Below, piece by piece: positions 1 to 9,804 of a stretch of 60,950 bases of DNA. The DNA comes from an uncultured bacterium (lineage in GTDB: Bacteria; Zhuqueibacterota; QNDG01; CAYUAG01). The translations under genes were made by a program, and so were the position numbers. The stretch covers positions 1 to 60,950 of the forward strand of contig CAYUAG010000008.1 in assembly GCA_964442615.1 (NCBI GenBank), in the 5' to 3' direction. Numbering within the stretch: the first letter of the stretch is position 1; each line of letters begins with the position of its first letter. Under the pieces are notes generated by a model. It did not search any database and had not been told where the DNA came from. It saw nothing but the letters and a program-made list of their open reading frames with translations.

Positions 1-235
1 CAGTAACACTCTGTTCTCTTATTATCATCCTGACTGTAATAAAACCTTCCCAATCACGATAGGCATGCCGAATAGTATTGGTACCAGCTTCATCTATGGC
101 CATTTTAAATGAATTAATAATATTTTCACTAACACCGTACTTTCTCCCCACTTTGGTTATAAAATCTCGCATCTCACCAAGATTTCCAATGTCAGCCGGT
201 ACCTTTAATTCTTTTTTCTTAACTTTTTTAAACAT
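1..235 (-). CDS. Anti-sigma regulatory factor / serine protein kinase (RsbW/SpoIIAB-like), N-terminal part; the gene runs off the left edge
   Basis: Absent from the ORF track because it is open at the window edge. Hand translation of the minus strand from ATG 235-233 gives MFKKVKKKELKVPADIGNLGEMRDFITKVGRKYGVSENIINSFKMAIDEAGTNTIRHAYRDWEGFITVRMII... The 'kvPa...l..vR.fi...g......l.lAidEA.tNtirHAy' layout is typical of partner-switching HATPase kinases. Confidence 0.55.
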   Translation of the reverse strand, partial: MFKKVKKKELKVPADIGNLGEMRDFITKVGRKYGVSENIINSFKMAIDEAGTNTIRHAYRDWEGFITVRMIIREQSVT

Positions 236-256
236 AAAACAAATTTTTTATTATTC

Positions 257-2167
257 TTATTTATTTTTTTGGAATGTTTGAATTTTACTCTTGACTCCCT
301 CTATTGCCTTTAATAATTTAATATTATATGGATCCAATAGCAAGGCCTGTTCCCATATTTCTAATGCATTCTTATAGTAACCTTGTCTGTAGAGTACGAT
401 TCCTTGATTAAACATTGTTCGTACTTCATCTGTCATCTCTTGGGTAGGGCCTTTGGCATGAGCAAGAGCATTTCTATAATAATCTTTTGCCTTACTATGA
501 TTTGGCTGAATTTTTAATGCTTTACTAAAATACTGTACGGCCGATGCATATTGTTCTTCTTCGTAATATTTTCTTCCTTTTTCATAGTTTGTGGCAAAAT
601 CTACACTTCTATTGAGATTATTAATTTGGTTTACAACTCTATTATAAATTCTCTGATTATCTTGAGACTGTTCTTTTGCTTGATTTAATAAATCATAGGC
701 TTTAGATACATCTCCTTGATTTACTAATCTCTGTGCTTGGGTGAGTGATTTATTGATTTGATCTACTAAATTATCCTCAGCTTTTTTAATATACCCTTTA
801 AGTTTGGGATTCTGAGGATCCCGTTCTAATCCTTCCTCCCATTTTTCTATTGCTTTGCGATAATTCTTGTTATCCAGAGCTTCAATTCCTTCACTCAATT
901 TTTTATGTATGAAAGTACTATCTTTTTTCTGACTTACTTTTTCTCTCTCTTCTGTTAAAAGTTGATTTTGCTGTTTTTCTTCTGCTAAACGTTGTTTTTC
1001 TATTGCTTCCTGTAATAACTCCTTTGCATTTTTATTATCCTCATCCATCCTAAGAATTTTAGAAAATTCAATCCTGGCATTATAAAAATCACCCTTTTCA
1101 AGATATGATCTACCGGTAATCAATCCTTCATTAATTTCTCTCAGTCTTTCAGCCTGTACTTTGGCATTAAATCTTCTTTGTATTTCTAAACGTCTTTTTT
1201 CTTCCAGAAGTTCTTTTTGTTCATCCATGGTTTTTCCAAAATACAATTTTAGGGAAAACAGGTTACTTAGGGGGAAGTAGTCTGAATCCCCTATAGCTTT
1301 AATACCATAATCGAGTTGTAGATTTTTAAAAAGCAAGCCAACTCCGGCAGTCAATTGATCATTATCATATCCCCCTCGTATAAATACCATATTCCCTAAT
1401 CCAAGTTCCAATCCATAATGGTACTCGTTTTCTCTATATTGTGATTGGTCGATATCAGCCATTAATAATAAATAATATTTATTATTAAAAGATATTTTTT
1501 TTGCCACTCCTGCTTTGATTTTTTGTGTAAGTATATCCTCCTCAACATCCATCTTTAAGTTTGGTTGTAAAATATTATATACAGTACATCCAAAATGAAG
1601 ATCATTTAAAATGTTTTTACTGGATATTCCATAGTGAATTCCTGCATCCATACCAAAACCATTTGCTGAATACTCTCCTAAAACGTCTCTATAGGCATTA
1701 CCATTAATACCTAATGAAAATCCTTTAAAAATGGTTAGGGCATAAGAAAGTGTTAATTTTGCTTTCCAAAAATTAAAAATTCCCCTGTCTACAGGAATAT
1801 TATTCACATCATCGTAGAAATGAATATCATCCACTCCAAATCGTGCTATTCCAAAACCAAAAGTTCCAAAATTCAAGGTAGGATGGATATATCCAATCTG
1901 GTGATATTGAACACCTTCAAATAAGGTGAAAAGGGAGAATCCTAATTGCTTTTGCTGAACCACAGTCATCCCAGCAGGATTCCAAGCAAAGGCATAAGCA
2001 TCATTTGGATAGGCAGATGCTGCACTCCCCATACTTATATACTTTGCCCCGCATCCGATTCTTAAAAATAGTGATTCAACTCCTGCATTTCCCTGTTTTT
2101 GTTGGGTAAAACATAAACCAGGAAGTACCATAATAATTAAAAGATATTTTATAATTTTACTATACAT
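257..2167 (-). CDS. PorV/PorQ-like outer-membrane beta-barrel (about aa 1-310) fused to a coiled-coil and TPR repeat region (about aa 320-636)
   Basis: Signal peptide MYSKIIKYLLIIMVLPGLCF. N-terminal motif GCGAKYISMGSAASAYPNDAYAFAWNPAGM (G.GA...MG.A..A....A..WNPAg) as in PorV/PorQ-type barrels. Alternating aromatic/glycine beta-strand pattern to about aa 310. The C-terminal half is charged coiled coil plus TPR-like helices (YYNARIEFSKILRMDEDN, YASAVQYFSKALKIQPNH, YKNALEIWEQALLLDPYN). Confidence 0.55.
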   Translation of the reverse strand: MYSKIIKYLLIIMVLPGLCFTQQKQGNAGVESLFLRIGCGAKYISMGSAASAYPNDAYAFAWNPAGMTVVQQKQLGFSLFTLFEGVQYHQIGYIHPTLNFGTFGFGIARFGVDDIHFYDDVNNIPVDRGIFNFWKAKLTLSYALTIFKGFSLGINGNAYRDVLGEYSANGFGMDAGIHYGISSKNILNDLHFGCTVYNILQPNLKMDVEEDILTQKIKAGVAKKISFNNKYYLLLMADIDQSQYRENEYHYGLELGLGNMVFIRGGYDNDQLTAGVGLLFKNLQLDYGIKAIGDSDYFPLSNLFSLKLYFGKTMDEQKELLEEKRRLEIQRRFNAKVQAERLREINEGLITGRSYLEKGDFYNARIEFSKILRMDEDNKNAKELLQEAIEKQRLAEEKQQNQLLTEEREKVSQKKDSTFIHKKLSEGIEALDNKNYRKAIEKWEEGLERDPQNPKLKGYIKKAEDNLVDQINKSLTQAQRLVNQGDVSKAYDLLNQAKEQSQDNQRIYNRVVNQINNLNRSVDFATNYEKGRKYYEEEQYASAVQYFSKALKIQPNHSKAKDYYRNALAHAKGPTQEMTDEVRTMFNQGIVLYRQGYYKNALEIWEQALLLDPYNIKLLKAIEGVKSKIQTFQKNK

Positions 2168-5100
2168 CTATTTTACCACTGCAATCTTTGTTTTTACAAT
2201 ATCACCCTCTCCTGTTTCCATGACTAATATATATATCCCATTAAGTACTTTATGTCCATAATCGTTGGTCCCATTCCATTCTACTTGTCCGCTTCCTCTT
2301 GAATGAAGTCCTTTTCTTCCTTCTGGATCTGTACTGTTGAAGGATTTAGACCAGACTAATTCTCCAATTAAATTATAAATTCTAAGATCTACATTTGTAT
2401 CTTTTTCTAAATAGTACACAATAGTAGTTTTTTCTTTACTCGGAACACCAAATGGATTCGGAAAATTCAATAAATATAACTTATCTCCTTCTCCCACATC
2501 TTTACTTGATATAACTTGTTTCTGCCAGTTACTTTTTATTTCTAACTTTTCGCCTGAAGGTGACAACACCGGTAAAGAAACATAGGGAACATATTCATCA
2601 ACAGCAGTAATATAGGTACTATCAGGCATTTCAAGCATGAAGTTTATAGTATTTTCTACTGTGCCAATTTTAGCTAAAAGAGCTATTGCTAATGTATCCT
2701 GAGTTGAGATAGGACTCATCTGATCTATCGAAATTTCAACCGGATTTTCTGAGGGTATTTCAGATGCTGTCAGTGATGCTAAGCAATGTTCTTTGTCGAA
2801 ATATAATATTCCATTCTTTTTAACTAATTTATAAATTTTAATGGTATTAAAAATAGATAATGGATTTAATGGTTGTAGGGAAAAATCTAAAATATTAAAT
2901 TTTATTTTTTTAATTATTACTCCATTTGAACCTGCTTCGCCCCGGTTTACCATTTCAAGTCCAGTTAACCAAACATTTTCTTGTCCGCTTAACACTTGAC
3001 TGGTTACTGAATCAGGTTGGTCTAATTCAGAGACAGAAAGCCAAGTTCCTACTGTAGTTACTCCAATATTTGTACTTATTTTACTTACATAGGCTTCTTC
3101 TGAAGTATTTTCATCCCAAGGTATCTTTGAGATATTAGCTGAAATATTAGCAGTTTTACCAGTAGAGTAGGGGGGTGCTTTAATCTTCCAACTTGTTATG
3201 CCCTGTTCTACAAAGTGAACATGAGATTCCTCTGTTGAATACCCTGTAGGTAATTCATCCAGAGTTATCATAGCAGTACCTATGGTATCTGCTTCACCCT
3301 TATTCTCTATCTCTGCAAACAGTAGAAATTCCTGAGAAGGAGAAACCGATTTATCTTCAATATTGAGATTTAATGCCAAGTCAGCTTTTTTTACTGTTTG
3401 TATCTCAATACCCTTTTGTTCAGCAGATATAATTACATCCTCTTGCTGAAGTGCATCATATCCAGAGGCATTCACATAAATAGTTCTTTGATCTGTTGCT
3501 CCTTTAGGGGCTCTAATCTGCCAAGTTACCTCATTGGAAATGACCTTTTTATCATAATTATCAGAAGTGGTATACCCTGTGGGTAATGATAAACTTGCAG
3601 TAATATTTCTGACATAATTCCAGGTCAAGCTTGTTTTAATCACAAAATACTGACCTGATGAAACTTTTTGATTGACTGCTCCAGGAGGTGCTGCGATACT
3701 TAAAGAACTTGTGAGGGAACTTTTATAAGTTGTCACTGGAACCTTTACTGTCTCTTCCTCTATTTTTGCAACCAGTCCCGTATTCAAAGCAAGAGGAGGT
3801 TTATACATCTTGACTTTTATTGTCTGTTCCTCTGTGGCAATATCAGGAGATTTAATTTCCCAAACTGCAGGTGAATCCAGAGTAATATTCGATACACTAT
3901 TACTGGATTTAGTAAGAGTATAAGGAGAGGGAAGAGTGATTCTAACCCTTCCGGTTGTATCAATGCCACCAGAACCATGATTTTCTAAACTTGCAGTTAA
4001 AGTAAATACCTGATTGGTGGTAAATTCTCCTTCTGGACTGCTTAATTGAAGATTCATGGATAACTCTGCTGGATTTTGGATATAAGCAATAGCTACAGAA
4101 TCTAAGGCAGGACCAACTGGTACATCTGAATCTCCTCTTTTAGCACCAGTTATTGTTGCTATAAATTTCTCCCCAGAAGTATTCTCTTCCTCTGATGCAG
4201 TGAGGTAAAACAATACAGAATCACGTTGAGAGGGAGTTAAGGAGAGTATGGTCATATCAGAATTTTCAATATGTGAATTTTTACTTTTCAGAAGAATTTT
4301 CACATTTCTTACTCCATGACCCAAACCATTTTCCACAGATACAATAACTTTAAACTCCTGGTTTGTATCCACATAAGCATTACCTCCCTCAGTTGTATTG
4401 TAGGCATCAATTATAGTTGATACTATCCTAAAAGCTGGATTAGACTGAACTAATACCGAAGTTGAGCCAATATCATGTTTAGTATTCCCACTGTTTTTTT
4501 CAATACCCCAGATATCTGTTTTAATTTCAATCTCTCCACCATACAATCCGGTTAGATTAACCAGGTAAACCAAGGTATCCTGTTCTCCACTTTTAAGACT
4601 AATATCTTTGGTAATACATTCTGTAATATAATCTGTAAGTTTTAAATTTTCACACCAAAAGCTAATATTTGATTTTAAGGTATCTATCTCAATTTCCGCA
4701 TAGTAATCAATAGGAGCCTGGGGCAATCCATTAGCAAGTACTACTTTCACCAACCAGGGCTCTGTTTGCCCACCCATAAGGGTATTAGTTGAAGTTTTAA
4801 TATTTTTAATCGATAAGGTTCCGGGCTGTTGCACATTAACTTTTGTGGTATCATCAACAGGATTCTGACTGTACAGGGAATCGTTCTTATTATCTGTCCA
4901 TCCTCCACCACTTATTTGAAAAATTTCATTATATAAGAATGTTTGAGAAGCATTGCCTTGTATTACAATTTGAGTTGTATCACCACCCTTTAGGGAATTA
5001 ATGGGAATTTTGGTGGGAAAATTAAACCAAGGATGTTCTGAGGATAAAAGTAATACTACATCATGCAAACCATCTCCACCTGTATTAGCTACTTTAATCC

Positions 5101-8100
5101 TCATATTAAATTCTTGATTGATATTAACATAGGGTGCGTTTGGTGCTACATTGGTAAGCTCAAGGATTTTTAATTCTGCCTCCTCTTCAATGGTTATAGT
5201 TCCCCATCCTGCATTATCTGTGTTATCAGAAACTATTCTTTCTGTATTTATCTCAGCACCTGAAATGGAAGCATTTATTTTACATTCTCCTATGCTGTTT
5301 TCACCCGTATGGGTTACTTGATAGATTAGACTATCTATGCTTTCTCCTTCAATAATCCATTCTCCTTTAGCCAGGGAACTCGGTCTCTCAACTATCCAAT
5401 TTTCTCCCCTACTAAATGAAATAGATGAACTTACATCTGCTGAAGCTGAATCAATTAAAACACTACTCTCACCACGATTACTAAGAACTACTGCTATAGA
5501 CCAGCTTGTATCCTGGGCTACAGTTACTTGATTTTGTGATGTAATAATTTCATTGATAATCAAATCCGCTGGAGACTGTACTGTTACGGATGTCAGGGCC
5601 TGATCAGTCAGTTGTTCTCCAGCATTTGTTGAAGTATATAAAAAACTCTGTATGATAGCTGAACCAGCATCAGCACCAGTACTATTAACTGTTACCATTA
5701 ATGTATCTATAGAGTAACCTGGTAATATTTCTGTACCACTATGTTTAAATATATCAGGAATAAATAATTGATAATCATTCTTTATGGTTCCATTAACTCT
5801 AATATCCAGTCGAATACTATCAAGAATGACATTATTGCTACTTTTATTTTCTACAATCATGGAAAGATACCAATCCTTATTCTGATCAGAAGTTATATTC
5901 TGCACCAGAGTAGTACCATCATTTTTAACAGGTTTGAAATCTAAAATCCTCAAACCAGGTGCATCTATTACATTGAAACTATTGGAAATACCTTCGGGAG
6001 CGGGATTTTCAGCTCCTGTTTCGGTTACTGTAATTACATCATTTGAGTATTGGGTATTGACCGTAACACTGCCATTCCAAACTCCATTAACAAAATTTGT
6101 ACTTATTTCTGGTTGAATAGTGCCTGAAAAATCAGTAATATCTACAGTACCGGTAAAATTTGTTTTAATATTGTTATTTTCATCATATGCAGTAATATGT
6201 ATGGAAAATGGCTGACCAGCTACTTGGGTATTAATCAGGCCTATCATAAAATAGGAGACTGCTCCCGGGATAACTGTTATGGTTCCAGTATGAGTTGAAA
6301 TATCAGATTGTGATTCTCTTATACTGATACTACCGGTACCAGGTGAATTAGGACTATAAGTAATTATTGACTTATTAGAAAGATTTATTACTGGACTTAA
6401 TCCTTCAGAAGACCAATCTACATTTTCTTCTCCTTTAAAATTTCCATAAGAATCATATCCTATAGAATAAAGATTTAGACTCTCTCCAACACTCATAGTA
6501 TAATTTACTATTTCATTTCCATCATCAAGGGGGGCATCTTTTATCTTAAGCTGTGATAAACTACCAGGATTGACTGTAATATTACTTACTATTGCAGAAA
6601 CATCATTTACTTCTCCTTCCAGTTCAACCCCATATTCTGCTTTAACTAATATCTGATTTGATTGACCTGATCCATTAAAAACCTGTATATCATTAAAAAC
6701 TGGAGAAGCACCATTGGGAGAATTTCCTCCAAGGTTTTTACAAGATACAGAAACCATGCCTGACCAATAATTTTGATATTCATCTTTTGCATCTGATACT
6801 GTTAAATCAAAAGGAATTCCAGCAGTTTGTATGGGACCGCAGTCTAAGGAAAAAATATCTAAAGAAGAAGCAGTAATAGTAATACTACTACTTGTTTTAC
6901 TTATATTACCATCCTTGACTATTATTGTCTGTTTGGGGCAATTATATAAAATAAATGACGATCCAAAAAATATTTTTTGACCATTATTCCAACCAGTACC
7001 ATTATCAACTGGCAAAGTGGCAGGATAAGGTTCTTTATCAGAAGAGCTCCAGGTAATAATCCCTTGGTAATCGGTTTTTTTATTATTATAACTGTCATAA
7101 GCAGTAACAGTAATTCCATAAGAAAAATGCTGTCCAGCCATCCTGGTCTCTGGAACACCATCTATAGTAAAATCACCAAGTTCTCCTGGTAGAATAAGAA
7201 TCAAATTGCTGGTTTTACTTATTACTCCATCAGTTACGGTTATGGTTTGTGATGGGGCATTAAATAAAATAAATGAAGATCCAATAAATGATTTTCTTCC
7301 ATCTTCCCATCCTGTTCCATCATCATAAGGCAGGGCGGCTGGATAAGGTGTTCCATCAGAGGAACTCCAGGTTACACTACCTGAATAATTAGTTTTTAAA
7401 TTATTATATTCATCAAAAGCGGCAACCATAATGTCAGAATTAAATTGTTGACCAGCTACAACACTGGAAGGAACATCATCCATTTCAAACCGGGCAAGAT
7501 CAGTTGCAGAAACAGTAATTGGATCTGATGTTTCAATCACACCACCATCCTGCACTGTCACTGTTTGCTCGGTTGTATTGTAGAGTCTGAAAGAAGTTCC
7601 GGAAAAGGTTTTCTTTCCACCATTCCATCCTGCTCCGTCATCTTCTGGAAGATCAGCTGGAAATGGATAGCCATCACTAGAAATCCATTCTACCATACCC
7701 TCATAATCTTTTTTGATATTATCGTACATATCATAGGCAGCTACTTCTACATTATTAATAAAATATGTTCCTGCTTCAATGCTACTAGGAAGTCCACTTA
7801 TTTTAAAACTGTCAAGTGCTGCAGGTTCAACTGTTAAAGTATAAGTAGTGCTATTTACTAAACCATCAGATACAGAAATCCATTGAGTGTTAGCAGTACA
7901 TAATTTAAATAAGGCACCACTAAATTTTTTTGATCCATTATTCCAACCGGTTCCATCATCGGTTGGGAGTAAAACCTCTTCATGAGAATCAGAGGTATGC
8001 CAGGTAATTGTGCCATTATAGGTAGTCTCAAGATGACCAAATTGATCATAAGCTGTAACTTCAATACTATCAGGAAACTGCTGTCCTGCCTGTACAGAGG

Positions 8101-8266
8101 TAGGAATATTTGTTAACTCTAATCTGGCTAATGTTCCTGCATATGGTGTTGATTCTTTAGATTGATTATTTACTGGAGATCCAATTGTTTTATCTGTATA
8201 AAAAGTAAATAATATAACAAGAATAAAAGAAAATAATAAAAAAGACCTTTTTAAAAATAAATTCAT
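2168..8266 (-). CDS. Giant (2032 aa) secreted cell-surface repeat protein with Ig-like/CARDB-like domains and a T9SS-type (FlgD_ig / Por_Secre_tail-like) C-terminal sorting domain
   Basis: Uninterrupted 6.1-kb ORF with N-terminal signal peptide MNLFLKRSFLLFSFILVILFTF. Tandem ~100-aa repeats at aa 45-465. The C-terminus LLNFPNPFGVPSKEKTTIVYYLEKDTNVDLRIYNLIGELVWSK...VEWNGTNDYGHKVLNGIYILVMETGEGDIVKTKIAVVK matches the 'NyPNPFn..T.I.y.l.....v.l.iYn..G..V......G.....WdG.n..G..v.sGiY' sorting-domain pattern. Confidence 0.8.
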   Translation of the reverse strand: MNLFLKRSFLLFSFILVILFTFYTDKTIGSPVNNQSKESTPYAGTLARLELTNIPTSVQAGQQFPDSIEVTAYDQFGHLETTYNGTITWHTSDSHEEVLLPTDDGTGWNNGSKKFSGALFKLCTANTQWISVSDGLVNSTTYTLTVEPAALDSFKISGLPSSIEAGTYFINNVEVAAYDMYDNIKKDYEGMVEWISSDGYPFPADLPEDDGAGWNGGKKTFSGTSFRLYNTTEQTVTVQDGGVIETSDPITVSATDLARFEMDDVPSSVVAGQQFNSDIMVAAFDEYNNLKTNYSGSVTWSSSDGTPYPAALPYDDGTGWEDGRKSFIGSSFILFNAPSQTITVTDGVISKTSNLILILPGELGDFTIDGVPETRMAGQHFSYGITVTAYDSYNNKKTDYQGIITWSSSDKEPYPATLPVDNGTGWNNGQKIFFGSSFILYNCPKQTIIVKDGNISKTSSSITITASSLDIFSLDCGPIQTAGIPFDLTVSDAKDEYQNYWSGMVSVSCKNLGGNSPNGASPVFNDIQVFNGSGQSNQILVKAEYGVELEGEVNDVSAIVSNITVNPGSLSQLKIKDAPLDDGNEIVNYTMSVGESLNLYSIGYDSYGNFKGEENVDWSSEGLSPVINLSNKSIITYSPNSPGTGSISIRESQSDISTHTGTITVIPGAVSYFMIGLINTQVAGQPFSIHITAYDENNNIKTNFTGTVDITDFSGTIQPEISTNFVNGVWNGSVTVNTQYSNDVITVTETGAENPAPEGISNSFNVIDAPGLRILDFKPVKNDGTTLVQNITSDQNKDWYLSMIVENKSSNNVILDSIRLDIRVNGTIKNDYQLFIPDIFKHSGTEILPGYSIDTLMVTVNSTGADAGSAIIQSFLYTSTNAGEQLTDQALTSVTVQSPADLIINEIITSQNQVTVAQDTSWSIAVVLSNRGESSVLIDSASADVSSSISFSRGENWIVERPSSLAKGEWIIEGESIDSLIYQVTHTGENSIGECKINASISGAEINTERIVSDNTDNAGWGTITIEEEAELKILELTNVAPNAPYVNINQEFNMRIKVANTGGDGLHDVVLLLSSEHPWFNFPTKIPINSLKGGDTTQIVIQGNASQTFLYNEIFQISGGGWTDNKNDSLYSQNPVDDTTKVNVQQPGTLSIKNIKTSTNTLMGGQTEPWLVKVVLANGLPQAPIDYYAEIEIDTLKSNISFWCENLKLTDYITECITKDISLKSGEQDTLVYLVNLTGLYGGEIEIKTDIWGIEKNSGNTKHDIGSTSVLVQSNPAFRIVSTIIDAYNTTEGGNAYVDTNQEFKVIVSVENGLGHGVRNVKILLKSKNSHIENSDMTILSLTPSQRDSVLFYLTASEEENTSGEKFIATITGAKRGDSDVPVGPALDSVAIAYIQNPAELSMNLQLSSPEGEFTTNQVFTLTASLENHGSGGIDTTGRVRITLPSPYTLTKSSNSVSNITLDSPAVWEIKSPDIATEEQTIKVKMYKPPLALNTGLVAKIEEETVKVPVTTYKSSLTSSLSIAAPPGAVNQKVSSGQYFVIKTSLTWNYVRNITASLSLPTGYTTSDNYDKKVISNEVTWQIRAPKGATDQRTIYVNASGYDALQQEDVIISAEQKGIEIQTVKKADLALNLNIEDKSVSPSQEFLLFAEIENKGEADTIGTAMITLDELPTGYSTEESHVHFVEQGITSWKIKAPPYSTGKTANISANISKIPWDENTSEEAYVSKISTNIGVTTVGTWLSVSELDQPDSVTSQVLSGQENVWLTGLEMVNRGEAGSNGVIIKKIKFNILDFSLQPLNPLSIFNTIKIYKLVKKNGILYFDKEHCLASLTASEIPSENPVEISIDQMSPISTQDTLAIALLAKIGTVENTINFMLEMPDSTYITAVDEYVPYVSLPVLSPSGEKLEIKSNWQKQVISSKDVGEGDKLYLLNFPNPFGVPSKEKTTIVYYLEKDTNVDLRIYNLIGELVWSKSFNSTDPEGRKGLHSRGSGQVEWNGTNDYGHKVLNGIYILVMETGEGDIVKTKIAVVK
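6872..8134 (-). repeat. Four tandem ~100-aa (about 300-nt) divergent coding repeats plus a fifth partial unit, inside the giant surface protein
   Basis: The repeated protein pattern 'P[ST]S[VI].AGQ.F...I.V.AYD.Y.N.K..Y.G...W.SSD..PYPA.LP.DDG.GW..G.K.F.GSSF.L.N...QT..V.DG' is seen four times, with units starting near aa 52, 153, 258 and 363. A degenerate fifth unit starts near aa 470. The DNA copies are diverged, not identical. Confidence 0.6.
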
Positions 8267-8704
8267 AAATTATTTTTTTTGATATACCTATAATTATCAT
8301 ATCACTCAATTTTATATTTGACTTTCTTAATACAGGCAAATAATATACCATAATTACAAAATTATTTTATAGCTTTATAATTTTTTAAAAAACAAGAATT
8401 TAAATTATAAATGGGAAATTTTTTATTTAATAAAATAATTATTTATATGGTATAGTACTGGACGATTTTCATCCACCTATTTTAACAATTTTTTTATAAA
8501 GTATGATAATGGTTGAAAAATTATTTCTGTTCACAACCTTATTGTCTGCAAATGTAATATTTTAATGCCTGTATCAAGGTTATCATTATATTGAGTTATT
8601 ATTATGAAGTAATTATAATCATCAAAATTTATTTTTTTATAATCAGATGAGAAAATCTAAAAAAAAGGAACTATTTAAAAATACTTATTGGTGTTTTTAT
8701 TATT

Positions 8705-8734
8705 GCCTATACCCGAACATGGTCAGGTATAGGC
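8705..8734. other. Perfect 9-bp-stem hairpin (GCCTATACC-N12-GGTATAGGC) about 70 nt downstream of pta; possible terminator or protein-binding palindrome
   Basis: Read directly. It is the only GC-containing palindrome in a very AT-rich 538-bp spacer. No U-tract follows it on the minus strand, so it is not a canonical intrinsic terminator. Confidence 0.3.
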
Positions 8735-8804
8735 TTAATTCGAAATATTAATAATTAAGGATTAAAGATACCTACCTTATAATTATTTTTGAATTTATTA
8801 ATTA

Positions 8805-9785
8805 TTAATCTGCCAACAATGAAGTAATTGCTGCAACATGTACAATGTCTTCTATACTACAACCTCGTGATAGATCATTAACCGGTTTTTTTAGTCCCTG
8901 GACCACAGGTCCTACTGCCTCAGCTTTTGCAAACCTCTGAACAAGCTTGTATCCAATATTACCTGCATTCAAATCCGGAAAAATTAAAACGTTTGCTTTG
9001 CCTGCAACTATACTTTCTGGTGCTTTTTTTTGAGCAATCTCAGGGACGATAGCTGTATCAACCTGTAATTCTCCATCAACTTTTAATGATGGTTCTCTTG
9101 ATTTTACTATTTGGGTTGCTTCAACCACTTTATCTACTAGTTCATGTTTAGCACTACCGTAAGTAGAAAATGACAACATAGCTACAATTGGTTCTATACC
9201 AGTAAGTTTTTCATAGGTTTTTGCAGATGATATAGCAATACTTGCCAGTTCCTCAGTATCAGGATTGGGAACAACAGCACTATCTGCAAAAATGATCATT
9301 CTATCCCAGCCAGGAACTATCATAAGAAAAGCACCTGAAACTATTGATACTCCTTGTGCAAGACCAATACAATGTAGTGCTGAACGTATAACATTTCCGG
9401 TAGCATTATTGGATCCTGCAACACTCCCATCAGCCTCCTCATTTCGTACCATCATTGCTCCAAAAAAAAGTGGGGTAGAAACAATATTCTCAGCTTCTTT
9501 TTTAGAAATCCCTTTATGTTTTCTCAGCCCATAATAATCCGAAATATACTTATCCAAATTATGTGAATTGTGTGGATCAATTATTGTTACATCCTCAAGA
9601 TTTATTTTTTCCTTTTTAGTTTTTTTATAAATTTCATCCTTGTTCCCAAGAATTGTTACCTTACAGATCTTTTCTTTTCTTAAAATTTCTGCTGCTTTAA
9701 TAACTCTTTCATCAAATCCCTCAGGTAATACTATATGATTATTTTTTTGGGAAGCTTTATGAAGAATTTGGCTTAGAAATTCCAT
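8805..9785 (-). CDS. pta: Phosphate acetyltransferase (PTA_PTB family)
   Basis: 326 aa. N-terminus HIVLPEGFDERVIKAA, with ...ADGSVAGSNNATGNVIRSAL... and ...GPVVQGLKKPVNDLSRGCS..IV, typical of short-form Pta. Confidence 0.85.
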   Translation of the reverse strand: MEFLSQILHKASQKNNHIVLPEGFDERVIKAAEILRKEKICKVTILGNKDEIYKKTKKEKINLEDVTIIDPHNSHNLDKYISDYYGLRKHKGISKKEAENIVSTPLFFGAMMVRNEEADGSVAGSNNATGNVIRSALHCIGLAQGVSIVSGAFLMIVPGWDRMIIFADSAVVPNPDTEELASIAISSAKTYEKLTGIEPIVAMLSFSTYGSAKHELVDKVVEATQIVKSREPSLKVDGELQVDTAIVPEIAQKKAPESIVAGKANVLIFPDLNAGNIGYKLVQRFAKAEAVGPVVQGLKKPVNDLSRGCSIEDIVHVAAITSLLAD

Positions 9786-9804
9786 AAATATTGTCTCCTT
9801 CTGA

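Noticed and set aside
78-281. 67-aa plus-strand ORF at the left edge
   Set aside because: It is antisense to a much better-supported RsbW-like kinase reading frame (1-235, minus strand) and spans that gene's start plus the intergenic gap.
3398-8064. Several 60-90-aa ORFs antisense to or overlapping the giant surface-protein gene (3398-3586, 5337-5531, 5934-6116, 6922-7161, 6977-7192, 7565-7837, 7858-8064)
   Set aside because: All lie inside an uninterrupted 6.1-kb ORF with clear protein features. Their translations are low-complexity with no motifs, typical of shadow ORFs. The same reasoning applies to the other short antisense ORFs in the track (for example 9265-9534, 16095-16436, 17541-17993, 34981-35376, 39161-39589, 41172-41522).
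8267-8804. 538-bp spacer checked for CRISPR repeats, small RNA genes (SRP, 6S, RNase P-like cores) or hidden ORFs
   Set aside because: No direct repeat array and no conserved RNA cores were recognisable. The only ORFs are under 20 codons. Only the single 9-bp-stem hairpin at 8705-8734 stands out.
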